Shown: positions 1-13,499, counted from the stretch's first letter. The stretch is 64,000 nt of DNA from Octopus sinensis (GCF_006345805.1 NC_043005.1:85126001-85190000); one strand, 5' to 3'. Notes: generated by a model from the letters alone, not told the origin. Translations and numbers: made by a program.

Positions 1-168
1 ACACACACATAGGACGGGCTTCTTTCAGTTTCCATCTACCAAATCTACTCACAAGGCTTTGGTTGGCCTGCGGCTATAGTAGAATACACTTGCCCAAGGT
101 GCCATGCATTGGGACTGAACCCGGAACCTTGTGGTTTGGAAGCAAGCTTCTTACCACACAGCCATGCC
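1..168 (-). mobile_element. tRNA-derived SINE family A, head portion (continues beyond window edge)
   Basis: Reverse complement matches the head of the full copies at 3247-3619 and 54851-55256 (GGCTGTGTGGTAAGAAGCTTGC...GGTTCAGTCCC...CCTTGGGCAAGTG). Confidence 0.85.
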
Positions 169-727
169 TGTGTTTAGTAAGTATGAATAAAATCATTGAG
201 AAATTTATTACACATGTGGGATTCACATAACTCTGCATGGAAGAAAGTAGAGAGAAAATAAATCTTCATTTCAAAGTTAATTACCTGCATTATACTCACA
301 AATACCAAAAGCCTTTTAATGTGGATAATGTTGGAGTTAGTTAGTCCTGTCTTGAAAATATCACTTTCAAATAGTATTTTATGTATTGGATCTCAATGTA
401 TTTGGTGCAATTACAGAGAATGTAAAGGAAATCACAATCTAAATCTCCAAGTGAAGGAGGTTTCACATTTCATACATAATTCTTTAGTCCAGATACAGAT
501 ATAGCTCTACTGTTCTATTTATATGGCAATTTGGTGGGCAGTGAATCAGCATTAAAATTATCACCAGTAGCATACTCGACAAGACTTATCCATATTCCTG
601 CAGCATTATTGTTTTGAAATTCTTGGAAATGCCACCAGAGTTTTGAATGAAAGCAAAGGGGATTAACAATTACTGTGGATGTAGTTTTCTCTCATTGAAA
701 AGAGGATATGATAAATAACACACTACA

Positions 728-885
728 CATTATTTACATTATTTACATTGGGCGGCTATTTGTCCTCATCTTGTTGTTATCACATCGTTTTGGTTGATTT
801 ACTCTCCAGGTGTCCTGGTGGAATTTTGAACCCAACCCTGGGTTCTCATTCCTAAGGTATCTTTTGCTGATGTTACTATTCTTCT
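728..885 (-). mobile_element. PLE-type terminal repeat fragment with decayed HHR
   Basis: Shares GACACCTG..GAG...AACAACAAGATGAGGACAAATA...TGTAAATAATGTAAATAAT with 22990-23130 and 55786-55890; stem II deleted. Confidence 0.7.
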
Positions 886-901
886 TCTTCTTCTTCTTCT
901 T

Positions 902-932
<31 letters not shown>

Positions 933-996
933 TTATTATTATTATTATGTATATATGCACATGCTTGTGTGTCTGTATATGTATGCATGCATATAC

Positions 997-1039
<43 letters not shown>

Positions 1040-1673
1040 TATAGTATCTATTAATGTGCATCAGTGTTTGTGTATTCATACATACCTACTTATAAATAGT
1101 AAGTTTTCTCCTTCTATTTCCTGGAATTTTTCTGCGGTGTCATTGAGTTTAAATGACTTAATCCTTCTGTCCTTTTCCACGCTAAACAATGGACCAGCGC
1201 TACCAAATGAAGCAGCGTGCAATATACAACGAGAGTTCAAAGATTGACATACAAGGAACATGTATAATGGTAAATGAAGCACGAATCTTATAGCAATGGT
1301 GTTAAGTTGTGACGTTGGCATTCAATTAGCTTGGCAGGGTATTAGCATTTAACTCCTGTCTATGTGAAATACTTTGAGAGAATTATGTGGAACTGGTCTT
1401 CTGCCAAAAGCTGGCAAGATATCTGAGATCAATGACTGTTTTGTTTGGCATCTTCCTGTGTTAATGCTGTCTTTCCTGCTGTTATTGATTATTAATTAGA
1501 ATTCTCAAAATATATCAATTAAAACTAGTATCATTCTTGGAGAGGATTTTATGGGCAAATTTATGCGAGTTACAGAGAAACTTTTCAAAGTTGGATTTCA
1601 CACGACATAGACATAAAATAATAAAATAACTTCTCTTGCTCCATATTGCACATTATTATCATTATTATTATTA

Positions 1674-1742
<69 letters not shown>

Positions 1743-1754
1743 TGTTATTGAGTG

Positions 1755-2290
1755 AGAGAGCAGAGCATGCCATCAAAGTGACACTGGGGTAAAATATACG
1801 AAGCCCAGTATACTTACCATAACTACCCATCTGATAAGGGTACACTAGCCATATGCATTTCAACTACATGTGCATGAAATGGTGATCTCATATCAAGATA
1901 AACAGCGCATGACGTTGCAGGTGGGGTTCAGTTACAATTTTCTTCAGGTTGAGTAGCCCATTCCGCTCAAAAGGTTTGTTTAAGAATGTTGAATGAAACA
2001 CTCATGTTTCCAGAGAGGAATTATCCAATCCCCAAAGAATTCTTCTCAGCACATGGCTATAAAGCACCCCCACTACTTCTTCTCGTTATCAGAGATGCAC
2101 ATATCATCAGCCACTAAGGGACATGCTCAACTGGTTAAAGTCAAACAACTGACAAGCAAATCTGTGGTATTGAGCAGAATATTTGCTGCAGCCCATCTTT
2201 TATACCAAGACAAAACAATGTACATGATAACACTTCCAATCAGTTAAGATCAGAAGCTACGAGAGCCACTGCCTGGTACTGCATCAGGGC
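1755..2290. mobile_element. Unclassified complex-sequence insert between trinucleotide microsatellites, probably an interspersed repeat
   Basis: About 535 bp of non-simple sequence bounded by (ATT/ATC)n and (TTA)n tracts; no coding signature; single copy in this window. Confidence 0.35.
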
Positions 2291-2329
2291 TTATTATTAT
2301 TGTTATTATTATTATTATTATTATTATTA

Positions 2330-2950
2330 AGGCATCAAGCTGGCTGAATTGTTAGCATGCCTGGCAAAATGTCTAGAAGCATTTCATCCATTGTTACATT
2401 CTGAGTTCAAATTCCACCATGGTTGACTGCCTTTCATCCTTTCTGGGTCAATGAAAAAAGTACCAGTCAAACACTGTAATTGGCTGTCCCCCTCCCTCAA
2501 AATTCAGGCCTTGTGCCTATAATAGAAAAGATTATTATTGTTATCATTAAAATGTTGGCACTGTCATTAGCACATCAGACAAAATACTTAGCAGCATTTT
2601 TGCCAGCTCTTTACCATCTGTGTTCAAATCCCACTGAGGGCAGCTTTCCCTTTCAGTGTAATCAACTTACTCTCTCCCTTAAAGTTGCTGGCCTTGTGCC
2701 AAAATTTGAAAGTCTTATTATTACACTTTAGAAGAAGGCAGTCAGAGGACAGAGTCGGTGGCACGCTGGACAAAATGCTTAGTGGTATTTTACTCATCTT
2801 TATATTGTCGGTTCAAATTCTGCCGAGATTGACTTTACTTTTCATCCTTCTGAGGTTGATAAAATAAATACCAGTCATGTACTGGGGTTGATATAATCGA
2901 CTTAACTCCTCCCTTAAAATTTCAGGCCTTGTGTCTTTAAGAGAAAGGAT
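2330..2950 (+). mobile_element. Three tandem decayed copies of SINE family C
   Basis: Each has GCTGG..GAA..GTTAGCA, GTTCAAAT(T/C)C (B-box-like), (TTGC)CTTTCATCCTTT and AGTACCAG; starts near 2330, 2550 and 2745. Confidence 0.8.
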
Positions 2951-3246
2951 TCTTTACTCTTCAGAAAACACAGAATTAGTTTCTGAAGAGAGGTGTTTTT
3001 TACCAGATGAATTAAAGGAGTTATTTCCTCTTGTCTACAAAGACTGAGAGTTAAATTCCTGGAAGCTGGAATCTCCATTCTTATAAAAAGAACCCAAACT
3101 TTCGGAAGTGAATGTGTGTTGAGTAGAATAGTTGCTGTTATGGCATCGATTGTTAATTATATCATGTCTATGTGGCCTGCTTTGAAGAATATTGTTCAGT
3201 GCTGACCTTGTAGAGTGTGTGTTCTATGAGATGTGTTATTTTAACT

Positions 3247-3619
3247 CTTTACTCTTTACTCTCTTTTACTTCTTTCAGTCATTTGACTGTGGCCACGCTG
3301 GAGCACTGCCTTTTAGTCAAGCAAATCGACCCCAGGACTTATTCTTTGGAAGCCTAGTACTTATTCTATTGGTCTCTTTTGCTGAACCGCTAAGTTACGG
3401 GGGATGTAAACACACCAGCATCGGTTGTCAAGCGATGTTGGGGGGACAGACACACAAACACACACGGCTTCCTTCAGTTTCCGTCTACCAAATCCACTCA
3501 CAAGGATTTGGTCGGCCCAAGGCTATAGTAGAAGACACTTGCCCAAGGTGCCACGCAGTGGGACTGAACCTGGAATCATGTGGTTGGTAAGCAATCTACT
3601 TACCACACAGCTACTCCTG
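3247..3619 (-). mobile_element. Full-length SINE family A flanked by an 82-bp direct repeat
   Basis: tRNA-like head at 3619, CCTTGGGCAAGTG core, (TG)n linker, 3' part ending in (AAAGAGT)n; direct repeats at 3165-3246 and 3620-3701. Confidence 0.9.
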
Positions 3620-4351
3620 TGTCTATGTGGCATGCTTTGAAGAATATTGTTCGGTGCTGACCTTGTAGAGTATGTGTTCTATGAGATGTGTTATTTTAAC
3701 TGGCGGCCACAGACAATTTATGGTTTCTGTGTGGTTTGTCAAAGGTGCCCCCAGTGACCATATGACATCTTTATTGCACTGACAATGACTTGTGTAGAAT
3801 TTAGATCGTGGTTCACATGGCTGTGTTTTAGTCTTTATTTTAATCTTTTAGTTCAAAAAGAAGGATATTGCAGATGGCCATGACTTGTTGGAGGACTTCC
3901 AAGTTTTATGAGAAGGATGAAGAGAAGAAAAACAACTTCTAACAGAAACCCTGACTTGAATACCTGCAACATGTTAGACTCCACTAAAGGCAGCCAAGAT
4001 GATATGTAGTGGTGTTAAACTGGGTTAAGTCTACCATACATTAGGCTATGGTGAGATTTGAACTCGGGACCCAAATTGACAGAACATATATCACAAACAT
4101 CCAGTCCAATGTTCTAACAGTTCTGCCAAGAATCTACCTCCTTGGGTTGGTGTACTTTTTTACATTGGCCCTTACTGGATGAAAGGCAAGGCTGACGTCA
4201 ACATGATTTGAACTCAGAAAATAAAGAGTCATGACAAATACCACAAGGCATTTTTTGCAACTCTACTAAATCTGCCAATCCACAGTTCCTTGTTAATAAC
4301 AAAAACAGCAAAACAAAATAATAAATAACACCAAACTTCTTGAAACCACAT

Positions 4352-4505
4352 CTTTTATCGTTTACTTGTTTCAGTCATTGCACTGTGGCCATGCTGGAGC
4401 ACCACCTTGAAGGATTTAGCCAAAACATTCGACTCCCAGTACATTTTTTTTTTATTTTGAAGTCTGGTACTTGTTCTATCAATCCCTTTTGCTGAACTGC
4501 TAAGT
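4352..4505 (-). mobile_element. SINE family A, 3' part
   Basis: TTTACTTGTTTCAGTCATT..CTGTGGCCATGCTGGAGCAC motif as in the other copies. Confidence 0.75.
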
Positions 4506-5464
4506 CTCAAAGACCACAGCATTGAGTAATCAGTGTAATTTAGGAAGGATCATGATAAGAAAAGAAATTTTTCAATCAGGATTCGAGGCTTCCTTCCATT
4601 CTCCCTATAATTGCTATACATGTCATATGCTTTTTAATCTAACAGTTGAATCTTATATAAACATTCTGATACATACAGAATATGGGGAATCTTGTTGATT
4701 GGGCTGTACTGACAAATGAATAAAGCCTGTAGAAGTGGCCACAGTTGGATACAGAAAGACATTCTTAAAACCATTGTTGTTAGGCTGGCTCACTCCTCAC
4801 TCATAATTAAGACTACTTTAATTAATGATACCCAGATATAATATTTCAGATTGTTACTAGAGAAACAAAGATAAGCTACTTTGGTTTAATTTCTGCTGAT
4901 GTAATAAATGTTACAAATCTCTTACAAAACAATATAAAATGATAAATGTTTAGACATGTTAACAAATTTCTGAGTTTTATTAAATTTGATCTTAGAATTT
5001 TAAACTCTCGATCAACCTGTCAGATTTGGTTATATTTCCTAGACTTAAATATCCATGTATTGCAAAGTCACAACTCTCTTCTGCATTGTTTTAAATAAAA
5101 TCTGTTTGATTGTCGTTTCATAATTATGGCTAAAGAAATAACTATCTTGTCCAATTTAAGAATTGAAAAATGTGGGTTCAATGCTTTAAAACTTCAGCAT
5201 TTAAACTGGCTATACCTGGGTCCAAATATTCAACTTGTATATTCAAACCAGCCAGATGCAGTCTCTCACACCCACCCTATAATGCCATTCTAAAAGCAAC
5301 AATCACATCATCAAAACTTCGAAGCTACAAGATATTGAATGATTAATTCATAACAATGTTATTATTATTATTATAATTATAATTATAATTATAATTATAA
5401 TTATTATTATTATCATCATCATCATCATCATCATTATCATTATCATCATTATTTATTATATGAT

Positions 5465-5660
5465 ACAGTGAGCTGGCAGAATCATTAGCAAACCAGGCAA
5501 AATACTTAGCTGCATTTTGTTTGCCCTTATGTTCTGAGTTCAAATTTCACTGAGGTCAACATTGCCTTTCATCCTTTCAGGGTTGATGAAATAAGCACCA
5601 GCTATGCACTGGGGTCAATGTAATGGATTGTACCCCTCCCCTGATTTCAAGCCTTGTGCT
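5465..5660 (+). mobile_element. SINE family C
   Basis: GAGCTGGCAGAATCATTAGCA...GAGTTCAAATT...GCCTTTCATCCTTTCAGGG. Confidence 0.8.
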
Positions 5661-5662
5661 TT

Positions 5663-6262
5663 GGCTGTGTGGTAAGAAGCTTGCTTCCCAAACACATGGT
5701 TCTGAGTTCGGTCCTATTGTGTGGCACCTTGGGCAAGTGGCTTCTACTATAGCTTTGGAATGATCAAAGCCTTTTGAGTGGATTTGGTAGATGGAAACTT
5801 AAAGAAGCCCTTCGTATATATATATATATTATATATATATATATGTATATATGTAGGCAGTTTTCTTCCTCCATCTGCCTTCTATTGGACTTTCCTCTGT
5901 TTCTGAAGAAGAGCATCTGCTAGAAGCGTTAAACCATCTTTCTTTCCTTTCCTGAGCATTTGCTAATACATTACATGTACCATGTCCTTGTGGTGCTATT
6001 TTTTGTGTTTGTTCTTTTTGGATTTACTATAATATATACATATGTATATGTTTGTGTGTCTGTGTTTTTCCCCACCAACATTGCTTGACAACCGATGTTG
6101 GTGTGTTTATGTTGCTGTAGCTTAATGGTTTGGAAAAGAGTCAGATAGAATAAGTACTAGGCTTACAAAGAATAAGTGCTGGGGTTGATTTGTTCGACTA
6201 AAGGCAATGCTCCAGCATGGCCACAGTCAAATGGCTGAAACAAGGAAAAGAATAAAAGAATA
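5663..6262 (+). mobile_element. SINE family A interrupted in its (TA/TG)n linker by an HHR-bearing fragment
   Basis: Head 5663-5815, tail about 6050-6262, with an unrelated segment about 5850-6035 between (TA)n tracts. Confidence 0.8.
5899..5934 (+). ncRNA. Degenerate minimal type I hammerhead motif
   Basis: GTTT-CTGAAGA-A-GAGC atct GCTA-GAAG-CG-TT-AAAC; stem I GTTT/AAAC intact, GAAA mutated to GAAG. Confidence 0.6.
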
Positions 6263-6311
6263 GTAAGCATCTTTACAATGATACTAACAATAACGAAAAT
6301 AATTTAAGGCG

Positions 6312-6700
6312 GGGTGGGGGAGTTGGCAGAAATGTTAGCATGGCGGGCGAAATGCTTAGCGGTATTTTGTCTGCCATTACTTTCTGAGTTCAAATTCCAC
6401 CGAGGTCGACTTTGCCTTTCATCCTTTCGAGGTCGATTAAATAAGTACCAGTTATGCAGTGGGGTCGATATAATCGACTTAATCTGTTTGCCTGTCCTTG
6501 TTTGTCCTCTCTGTGTTTAGCCCCTTGTGGGTAGTAAAGAAATAGGTATTTTGTCTGTATGTTCTGAGTTCAAATTCTGCTAAGGTCAACTTTGTCTTTC
6601 ATCCTTTTGGGGTCGATAAATAAAGTACCAGTTGCGTACTGGGGTCGGTCTAATTGATTGACCCCCTTCCCAAAATTTTCAGGCCTTGTGATTAGAGTAG
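6312..6700 (+). mobile_element. SINE family C dimer (full unit plus headless unit)
   Basis: The first unit's tail ...GTAGTAAAGAAATAGGTATTT runs directly into the internal GGTATTT site of a second unit. Confidence 0.85.
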
Positions 6701-7402
6701 AAAAGAATAATGTCAATAATGACGATGATATAGTTTCAAAATTTGGTAGGAGCTTTGCAGTTTTAGGGGTAGCACTTTACTTGATTTGTATTCTATATTA
6801 TCGACACAGGAAAGGTGAGGGTCGAAGTCGGCTTTGGTGAATATTAATGACAACAAGAAATATGGCACTAACGATAAAAACAAACGATTTGTGTTGAAAC
6901 CACCTCCAGTTATAATGATTGGTGGTGATTGTTATCATCTTTGATTGAAAAGGCCAGAGTCCAAAGAAGAAACAATGCTTTTGTATGAGTTACTAACTGT
7001 CGGCCAATTGCATCAGAGAGTGAATTATATGGAGAGAGAATATTTGAGAAAATGACGGGATCTCTGAACCATGTCCAAATGAAAGAAAGCAAAACAATGA
7101 GAAGAGGCGAGAAACATTAAGAAAGAAAGGGACGGAGGATAGTTGTGTAAAGATTACAAAAGAAACAAGTTCAAACAGATTTTTGTAGAGTTCAGTCTGG
7201 TTCATAGACATTTCGGATAGTCACTCCATGAATGGTGCTAAGTGTTATATTATAGGAATGTGAAGGAAGAAATGATGCGAGTGCATGAGTGCACCGCTGT
7301 ATGCTACAGCTGTCCAAAAATTGATAGCTAGCTTATCATTTTAATGCAAATACTTAATTCTAAAAATTCAGTTTCCACTATTAATTTTAAATAAAAAAAT
7401 AA

Positions 7403-7470
<68 letters not shown>

Positions 7471-8068
7471 TCATGATGATGATGATAGTGATATTAATAA
7501 TGATAATAATAATTGTAGAATAAATAATTAAAAGATGAGAAAAAATAAGAAAATAAGAAAAATGGCAAAATATTATCAAAAAAAAAACTTCAAAAATTAA
7601 ATAAATAAAGTGAAGATAATTTGCAGATAAAACACCAACATCAATCAATAACTAATTTGGTAAGAGTCAATAAAAGATGGTTTCATATGCTGAGCGCTTT
7701 CCATCATGTGTTATCATTTTGTATTGTTTTATCATTTTTATTTTTATTTAGTTTGTTTTTGTTCATTTGCATTTTTTTCCCTTTTATATTTATATGGTTT
7801 TTTTTCAATATTTTGCAGAAACCACTATTGATATCAATCAGTAAACACAATTAGTTTGAGTCATTAACCTTAAATTACTAATGCAATTTATTTATAAAAC
7901 TACAGAACATAAAAAAAGAAGAAATGTCAAATACTAAAAAAAATATCGGAGAAAATAAAAAATAAATGTTCAAAAAAAATTTTTTAAACAACAAAAAATT
8001 AGAATAGAAATAAAATAAAAAAGACTTAAGAAAATAAAGGAAATAAACTTAACACAGAAGAAAAAATT

Positions 8069-8126
<58 letters not shown>

Positions 8127-8399
8127 TAATAATAATAATAATTGTAATAAGATTGAATGAATTAAAAATAAAATTAAAAATTAAATAACAAAAACAAAAA
8201 AAAAAAAAACAATACATATATATATATATAATTGAATACATAGTTATAAAGTGATATTTTCATGGTAGCATCTTCACCGTTACCGTCAACACTAATAACA
8301 ACAATATCACTAATGTTACTAACACCATAGTCTTCATTTTATAGTCGTTAGTATTAAGAATGGAATTTTCTAATCAGCTTATTTGTTACAAGTACAGCT

Positions 8400-8900
8400 T
8401 AATGCATGTGTGTGTGTGTGTGTGTATGAATTTATGTATGTGTGTATGTATGTATGTGTGTGTGTGTATGTGTGTATGTTTTCATGTTTGTACGTATGTA
8501 TGTATGTATGTGTATATATATGTATGTTTGTATGTGTATGTATGTGTGTATGCATGTATGTATGTCAGTATGTATGCATGCATGTATGCATGTATGTATG
8601 TATGCATGCATATGTATATGTGTGTATGTATGTATTTATGTATGTGTGTGCATGCATGTATGTATGTATGTATTTATGTATGCATGTGCATGAGTGTATA
8701 CATGTATGCATGTATGTATTATGTATGTATGTGTGTGCATGTATGTATGTGTGTATGTATGTATTTATGTATGTATGTGTGTGCATGTATGTGTGTATCT
8801 ATGTATAAAAGTATGTATCGTATGTATGTATTGTATACATGTTTGTATGTGTGTTTATGTATGTGTATGTATGTGTATTTGTGTGTATGTACGTACTTTT
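8400..8900. repeat. (TGTA/TG)n compound microsatellite
   Basis: Directly visible; source of the C/V/Y/M-rich pseudo-ORFs. Confidence 0.95.
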
Positions 8901-9069
8901 ATTTAAGTACGTATGAATGTATAAAGACTTAAGAAATAAACAAATAAACTAACATGCACGACAAAAATTAAAATAATAAGATTAAGTAAATTAAAAAATA
9001 TAATTTGAATTTAAAGACAAAAAAAATACACTTATAATTGAATACATGGTTATAAAGTGATATTTACAT

Positions 9070-9545
9070 GCTCACATCATCATCATCACCACCATCATTA
9101 TCATCGTCACCACCACTATCATTATCACCACCACCACCACCACCACCATCAGCATCATTGCCATCATGATCACCATGATCACGATCATGATGATCATCAT
9201 GATCATAGTCACCACCTTCATCATCATCATCACCACCACCACCACCACCACCACCACCACCACCACCATCACAATCATTGCCATTATGATCATGATGATG
9301 ATCATGATGATGATGATCATCATCACTGCCACCACTACCATCATCATCACCACTGCCACCATCCCCACCACCACCACCACCACCACCACCATCACCACCA
9401 CCACCACCATCATCATCACCATTATTGCCATCATCATCACCATCATAACCACCACCCCACCACCACCATAACCATCACAACCACCACCACTACCATCACC
9501 ATCACCACCATCATCATCAACAACAACAATAGTATCAACACCAGC
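9070..9545. repeat. (CAT/CAC)n cryptic microsatellite
   Basis: Directly visible; source of poly-His/Thr pseudo-ORFs. Confidence 0.95.
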
Positions 9546-10239
9546 AGCTACCTGTGTTTTCTTCATTTTATAGTCGTTAAGTGTTAAGAATAAAATTTCT
9601 AATCAACTCATTTGTTACAAGTGCAGCTTAACATTTACATATATACATATATATAATATTTACATACATACATATATATATGCATGGATGTGTTAGTGTG
9701 TGCTGCATATAAACATTTGTGCGTATGTTAGTGTGTGTGTGTGTGTTTGTATGTGTGTGTGTGTTTGTGTGCATGTGTGTGTGATTGAACTGAGGTTCCA
9801 GATACAAGTTGCTTTACAAAATTGTATTATTCTGATACAGGTTGTATAAATAGCATTAATCGATCATTTAGTAAACACACACAGACACAAGCTATGTTCT
9901 GTAAACATTGGATGTACGAGTATTTGTATGTGTCTTGTGTGCATGGGAATGGGTGAGTGGGGACCCCTGTGTATGTGTCTGTGTGCACATGTGTGTGTGT
10001 ATGTGTGTGTTTTAAATTCTTTGTTTTGTTAGTGTTTTTCAAGGTAAGGAAGAGTGATGGTATGGCAGGTAGGTAGCCGTGATAGTAAATTCATCCCCGG
10101 GTCAATGATGGAAGAGCTAAGCCCTAAGTAAACAGCTCACTGCTGACGCTGACAATTTTGTTATTCCTGTAGGAATGGCATGGTTAGCAAAGAAGCACTG
10201 GGAGTTAAACAGATGGATGAGGTGCTGAGGGTTTGTGGG

Positions 10240-10319
10240 AAAGTGGGGTTGTGAGAAAGTGGGGTTGTGAGAAAGTGGGGTTGTGAGAAAGTGGGGTTGT
10301 GAGAAAGTGGGGTTGTGAG
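10240..10319 (+). repeat. 16-bp G-rich minisatellite (AAAGTGGGGTTGTGAG)x5
   Basis: Five identical units. Confidence 0.95.
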
Positions 10320-10347
10320 AAGTTCTGGATAATGATGGAGGTTAGGT

Positions 10348-10508
10348 GCAGGTGTGGCTGTGTGGTAAAAAGTTTGCTTCCCTACAGCATGGATCAAGAT
10401 TCAGTCCCACTCTGTGGCACCTTGGACGAGTGCTTTTATTATAGCCTTGCGCCGACCAAAGCCTTGCGTGAGGATTTGGTAGAAGGAAACTGAAAGAACC
10501 CCATCATA
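10348..10508 (+). mobile_element. SINE family A head
   Basis: GCAGGTGTGGCTGTGTGGTAA...TTCAGTCCCACT...GGAAACTGAAAGAA. Confidence 0.85.
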
Positions 10509-10568
10509 AATATATATAATTCTTCTTTATTGCCATCATGTCCATGAACATCATTGCTATCATCTTTG

Positions 10569-10599
<31 letters not shown>

Positions 10600-10606
10600 T
10601 ATCATT

Positions 10607-10637
<31 letters not shown>

Positions 10638-10974
10638 ATATCTTAATGATCAACAATCCTACCAGTTAGATATGCCATCAGATGTTCCTCCCACTCCTTC
10701 TACTCTTTACCCTACTCCTACTCCTTCCCATCTCGTACTCCCCCTTGCTCCTCCTCATTGTCATCGTTGTCAACATCACCACCGCATCCCCCATCACCAC
10801 CACCACCACCACCACCACCACCAAAAGGGCAAAAGTTCACTTGATCTCGATTTTTAGTATGCAAACCATGAAAGCATAGCCCAGTGATCCCTTCGATTAC
10901 ATCGACCCCAATATTAGACTGGTACAGTTGAAGTGATTTTTTTTGTTTTGCAAGGTATCTGGAGATCCTGTCTG

Positions 10975-11165
10975 TCATGGTTGCCATATAAAAAGCACCC
11001 AGTGCTCTCTGTAAAGTGGCTGACATTAGGAAGGGCATCCAGATGCAGAAACCAAGCCAAAACAGAATATGGGACCTGGTGTGGCTCTCCAGCCTTGCCA
11101 GCTCCTGTCAAACCGTCCAACCCATGCCAGCACAGAAAATGGACGTTAGAGGATAATGATGATAT
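10975..11165 (+). mobile_element. RTE LINE 3'-UTR fragment
   Basis: GGAAGGGCATCCAG...CCAACCCATGCCAGC...GGACGTT followed by (GAT)n, matching the 3' end of the RTE at 63061-64000. Confidence 0.8.
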
Positions 11166-11189
11166 GCATATAGATATGCATACATACAT

Positions 11190-11310
11190 ACGTACATATG
11201 GCTGTGTGGTAGGTAGTATGGTTCCGGGTTCAGTCCCACTGTATGACACCTTGGGCCAGTGTCTTCTAAGCCTCAGGCCGACCAAAGCCTGTGTGAGAAT
11301 TGAAAGAAGC

Positions 11311-11365
<55 letters not shown>

Positions 11366-11575
11366 TTAGAGACAAAATCACTATTTTGTAAAACAAACAA
11401 GGAAAGACTTAATCAATACATAAAATTTTAATAAAAAGTAAATAAAAGTAAATCCAATAGACCGATAGAATAAGTACTAGGCTTACAAAAAATAAGTCCT
11501 GGGGTCGATTTGCTCAGCTAAGGGCAGTGCTCTAGCATGGCTGCAGTCACATGATTGAAATGAATTAAAGAATAT
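11190..11575 (+). mobile_element. SINE family A (head 11190-11315, tail 11459-11575)
   Basis: Diagnostic head and tail motifs separated by (TA)n and AT-rich filler. Confidence 0.75.
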
Positions 11576-12069
11576 ACATCTATCTGTGTGTATGTGGAGT
11601 GAATATTTTTATATATGTATATGTGAGTGTATATTTTTCAACACACATGTATGTTTACATATGTGTGGCAACATTTGATTGTGTAAATAGAGATAAAGAG
11701 AGAGAGAGAGAATAATGTGCTATTCTTAAGAGTTCTTTGGTTTCGGTTCACGCTGTCGTACCTGGATGCCCTCACCATCCTGAACACATCTCCATCACCA
11801 ATATTGCCAGCCTCAATACCACGTCTCTCGTCTCCAGGATGACCAACCGCCAGCACCACAGCCAGCACTCTTACCTTCGCCACCATCACAACCACCAGCA
11901 CTATCATAACTGCAAGAGCCATCATCAAATGTCACAATATCCCATACACCGATTCTAAAATGACCACCACCACCCAACATCACTAATTCCGTTGCCACAT
12001 TCACTGTGATCTGTTCCCTTGCTACCAGGACAGTGATCACCTTTGCAAACGTCGCTGCAAAGCTAAACC

Positions 12070-12895
12070 TTCATCACCACCACCAACACTACCACAACCA
12101 CAACCATCACTCCTTCATCACCATAGTCATCATCATCATCACCACTACCACCAAAACCACGACCATCGCCACCACCGCCAACACCACCACCACCACCACC
12201 ACCACCACCACCACTATCACCACCACAACCATCACCACCTTCATCATCATCGTCATCATCATCATCACCACCACCACCACCAAAGCCACTGCCACCACCA
12301 CCACCATCACCACCCCCACCAAAACCACGACCAAGATCACCACCGCTACCACCACCACCACCACTACCACAACCATCACCACCATCATAACCATCGTCAT
12401 CATCATCATCATCATCACCATCACCAAAACCACCACCACCACCACCACACCAAAACCATGACCACAACCACACCCACCACCACCACAACCGCTGCCACCA
12501 CCACCACCACCACCACTACCACAACCATCACCCCTTCATCACCATCGTCACTATCATCATCACCTCTACCACCAAAGCCACCACCACCACCACCACCACT
12601 ACCACAACCATCACCACCTCCATCACTATCATCATCATCGTCATCATCACCACCACCCCACTGCCACCTCCGATGCCACTGCCTCTGCCGCTGCTGCCAC
12701 CACAGCTCTCACTGCCACCTGTATTCTCTTCATTGTTATTAGCACCACCATCATATCAGCAGCAACAACAACAACAACATCATCGTCAACATCATCATCA
12801 ACATCGACAACAAGAACAAAATAAACAACTACAGCAGCAGCAGCAAGAAAAAACAACCGACCACCTTCAGGAATAAAGAGCAAATCACAATCATT

Positions 12896-12944
<49 letters not shown>

Positions 12945-12971
12945 CCAGCAGCAGCAGCAACAGCACAAGCA

Positions 12972-13014
<43 letters not shown>

Positions 13015-13465
13015 GAGTAAGGAGGGTCGGTGCTTTTAGAGTGTGTTTGCGTTTGTTGCTAGTGAAGCAATACAAGGAGAGCATTTAAAAGTCACCATCG
13101 TCTTTCTCTCTCTCTGTCTCTCTCTCTTTGTCTTTCTCTCTCTGTCTCTCTCTCTCTTTCTCTCTCTCTCTGTCTTCTCTGTCTCTTTCCCTGTCTCTCT
13201 CTCTCTCTGTCTCTCTCTCTCTGTCTCTCTCTCTCTGTCTTTCTCTGTCTCTTTCCCTGTCTCTCTCTCGCTCTGTCTCTCTCTCTCTCTCCAAACATAA
13301 TCAATGATGTCGTTTTAAGTAAATGGGAATTAAATTGACATTAACAGCAATTGACTTTCCATGGGAATTAGAGTCTACGTCTACCAACGTAGCATGGCAC
13401 GCAGTGTGCTTGTGTATACACATGTATCTGTATACACACACACAATTATATATATACATATATAC

Positions 13466-13498
<33 letters not shown>

Positions 13499-13499
13499 C

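Noticed and set aside
10033-10043. 11-nt microexon candidate (TTAG|TGTTTTTCAAG|GTAAGG), and a similar 16-nt candidate at 25119-25134
   Set aside because: Good-looking splice sites arise by chance in T-rich DNA; neither preserves frame and no linked exons were found.
11737-12060. Complex-looking ORFs at the edge of the CAC-rich block
   Set aside because: No recognisable domain; composition grades into the microsatellite; both strands are similarly open.
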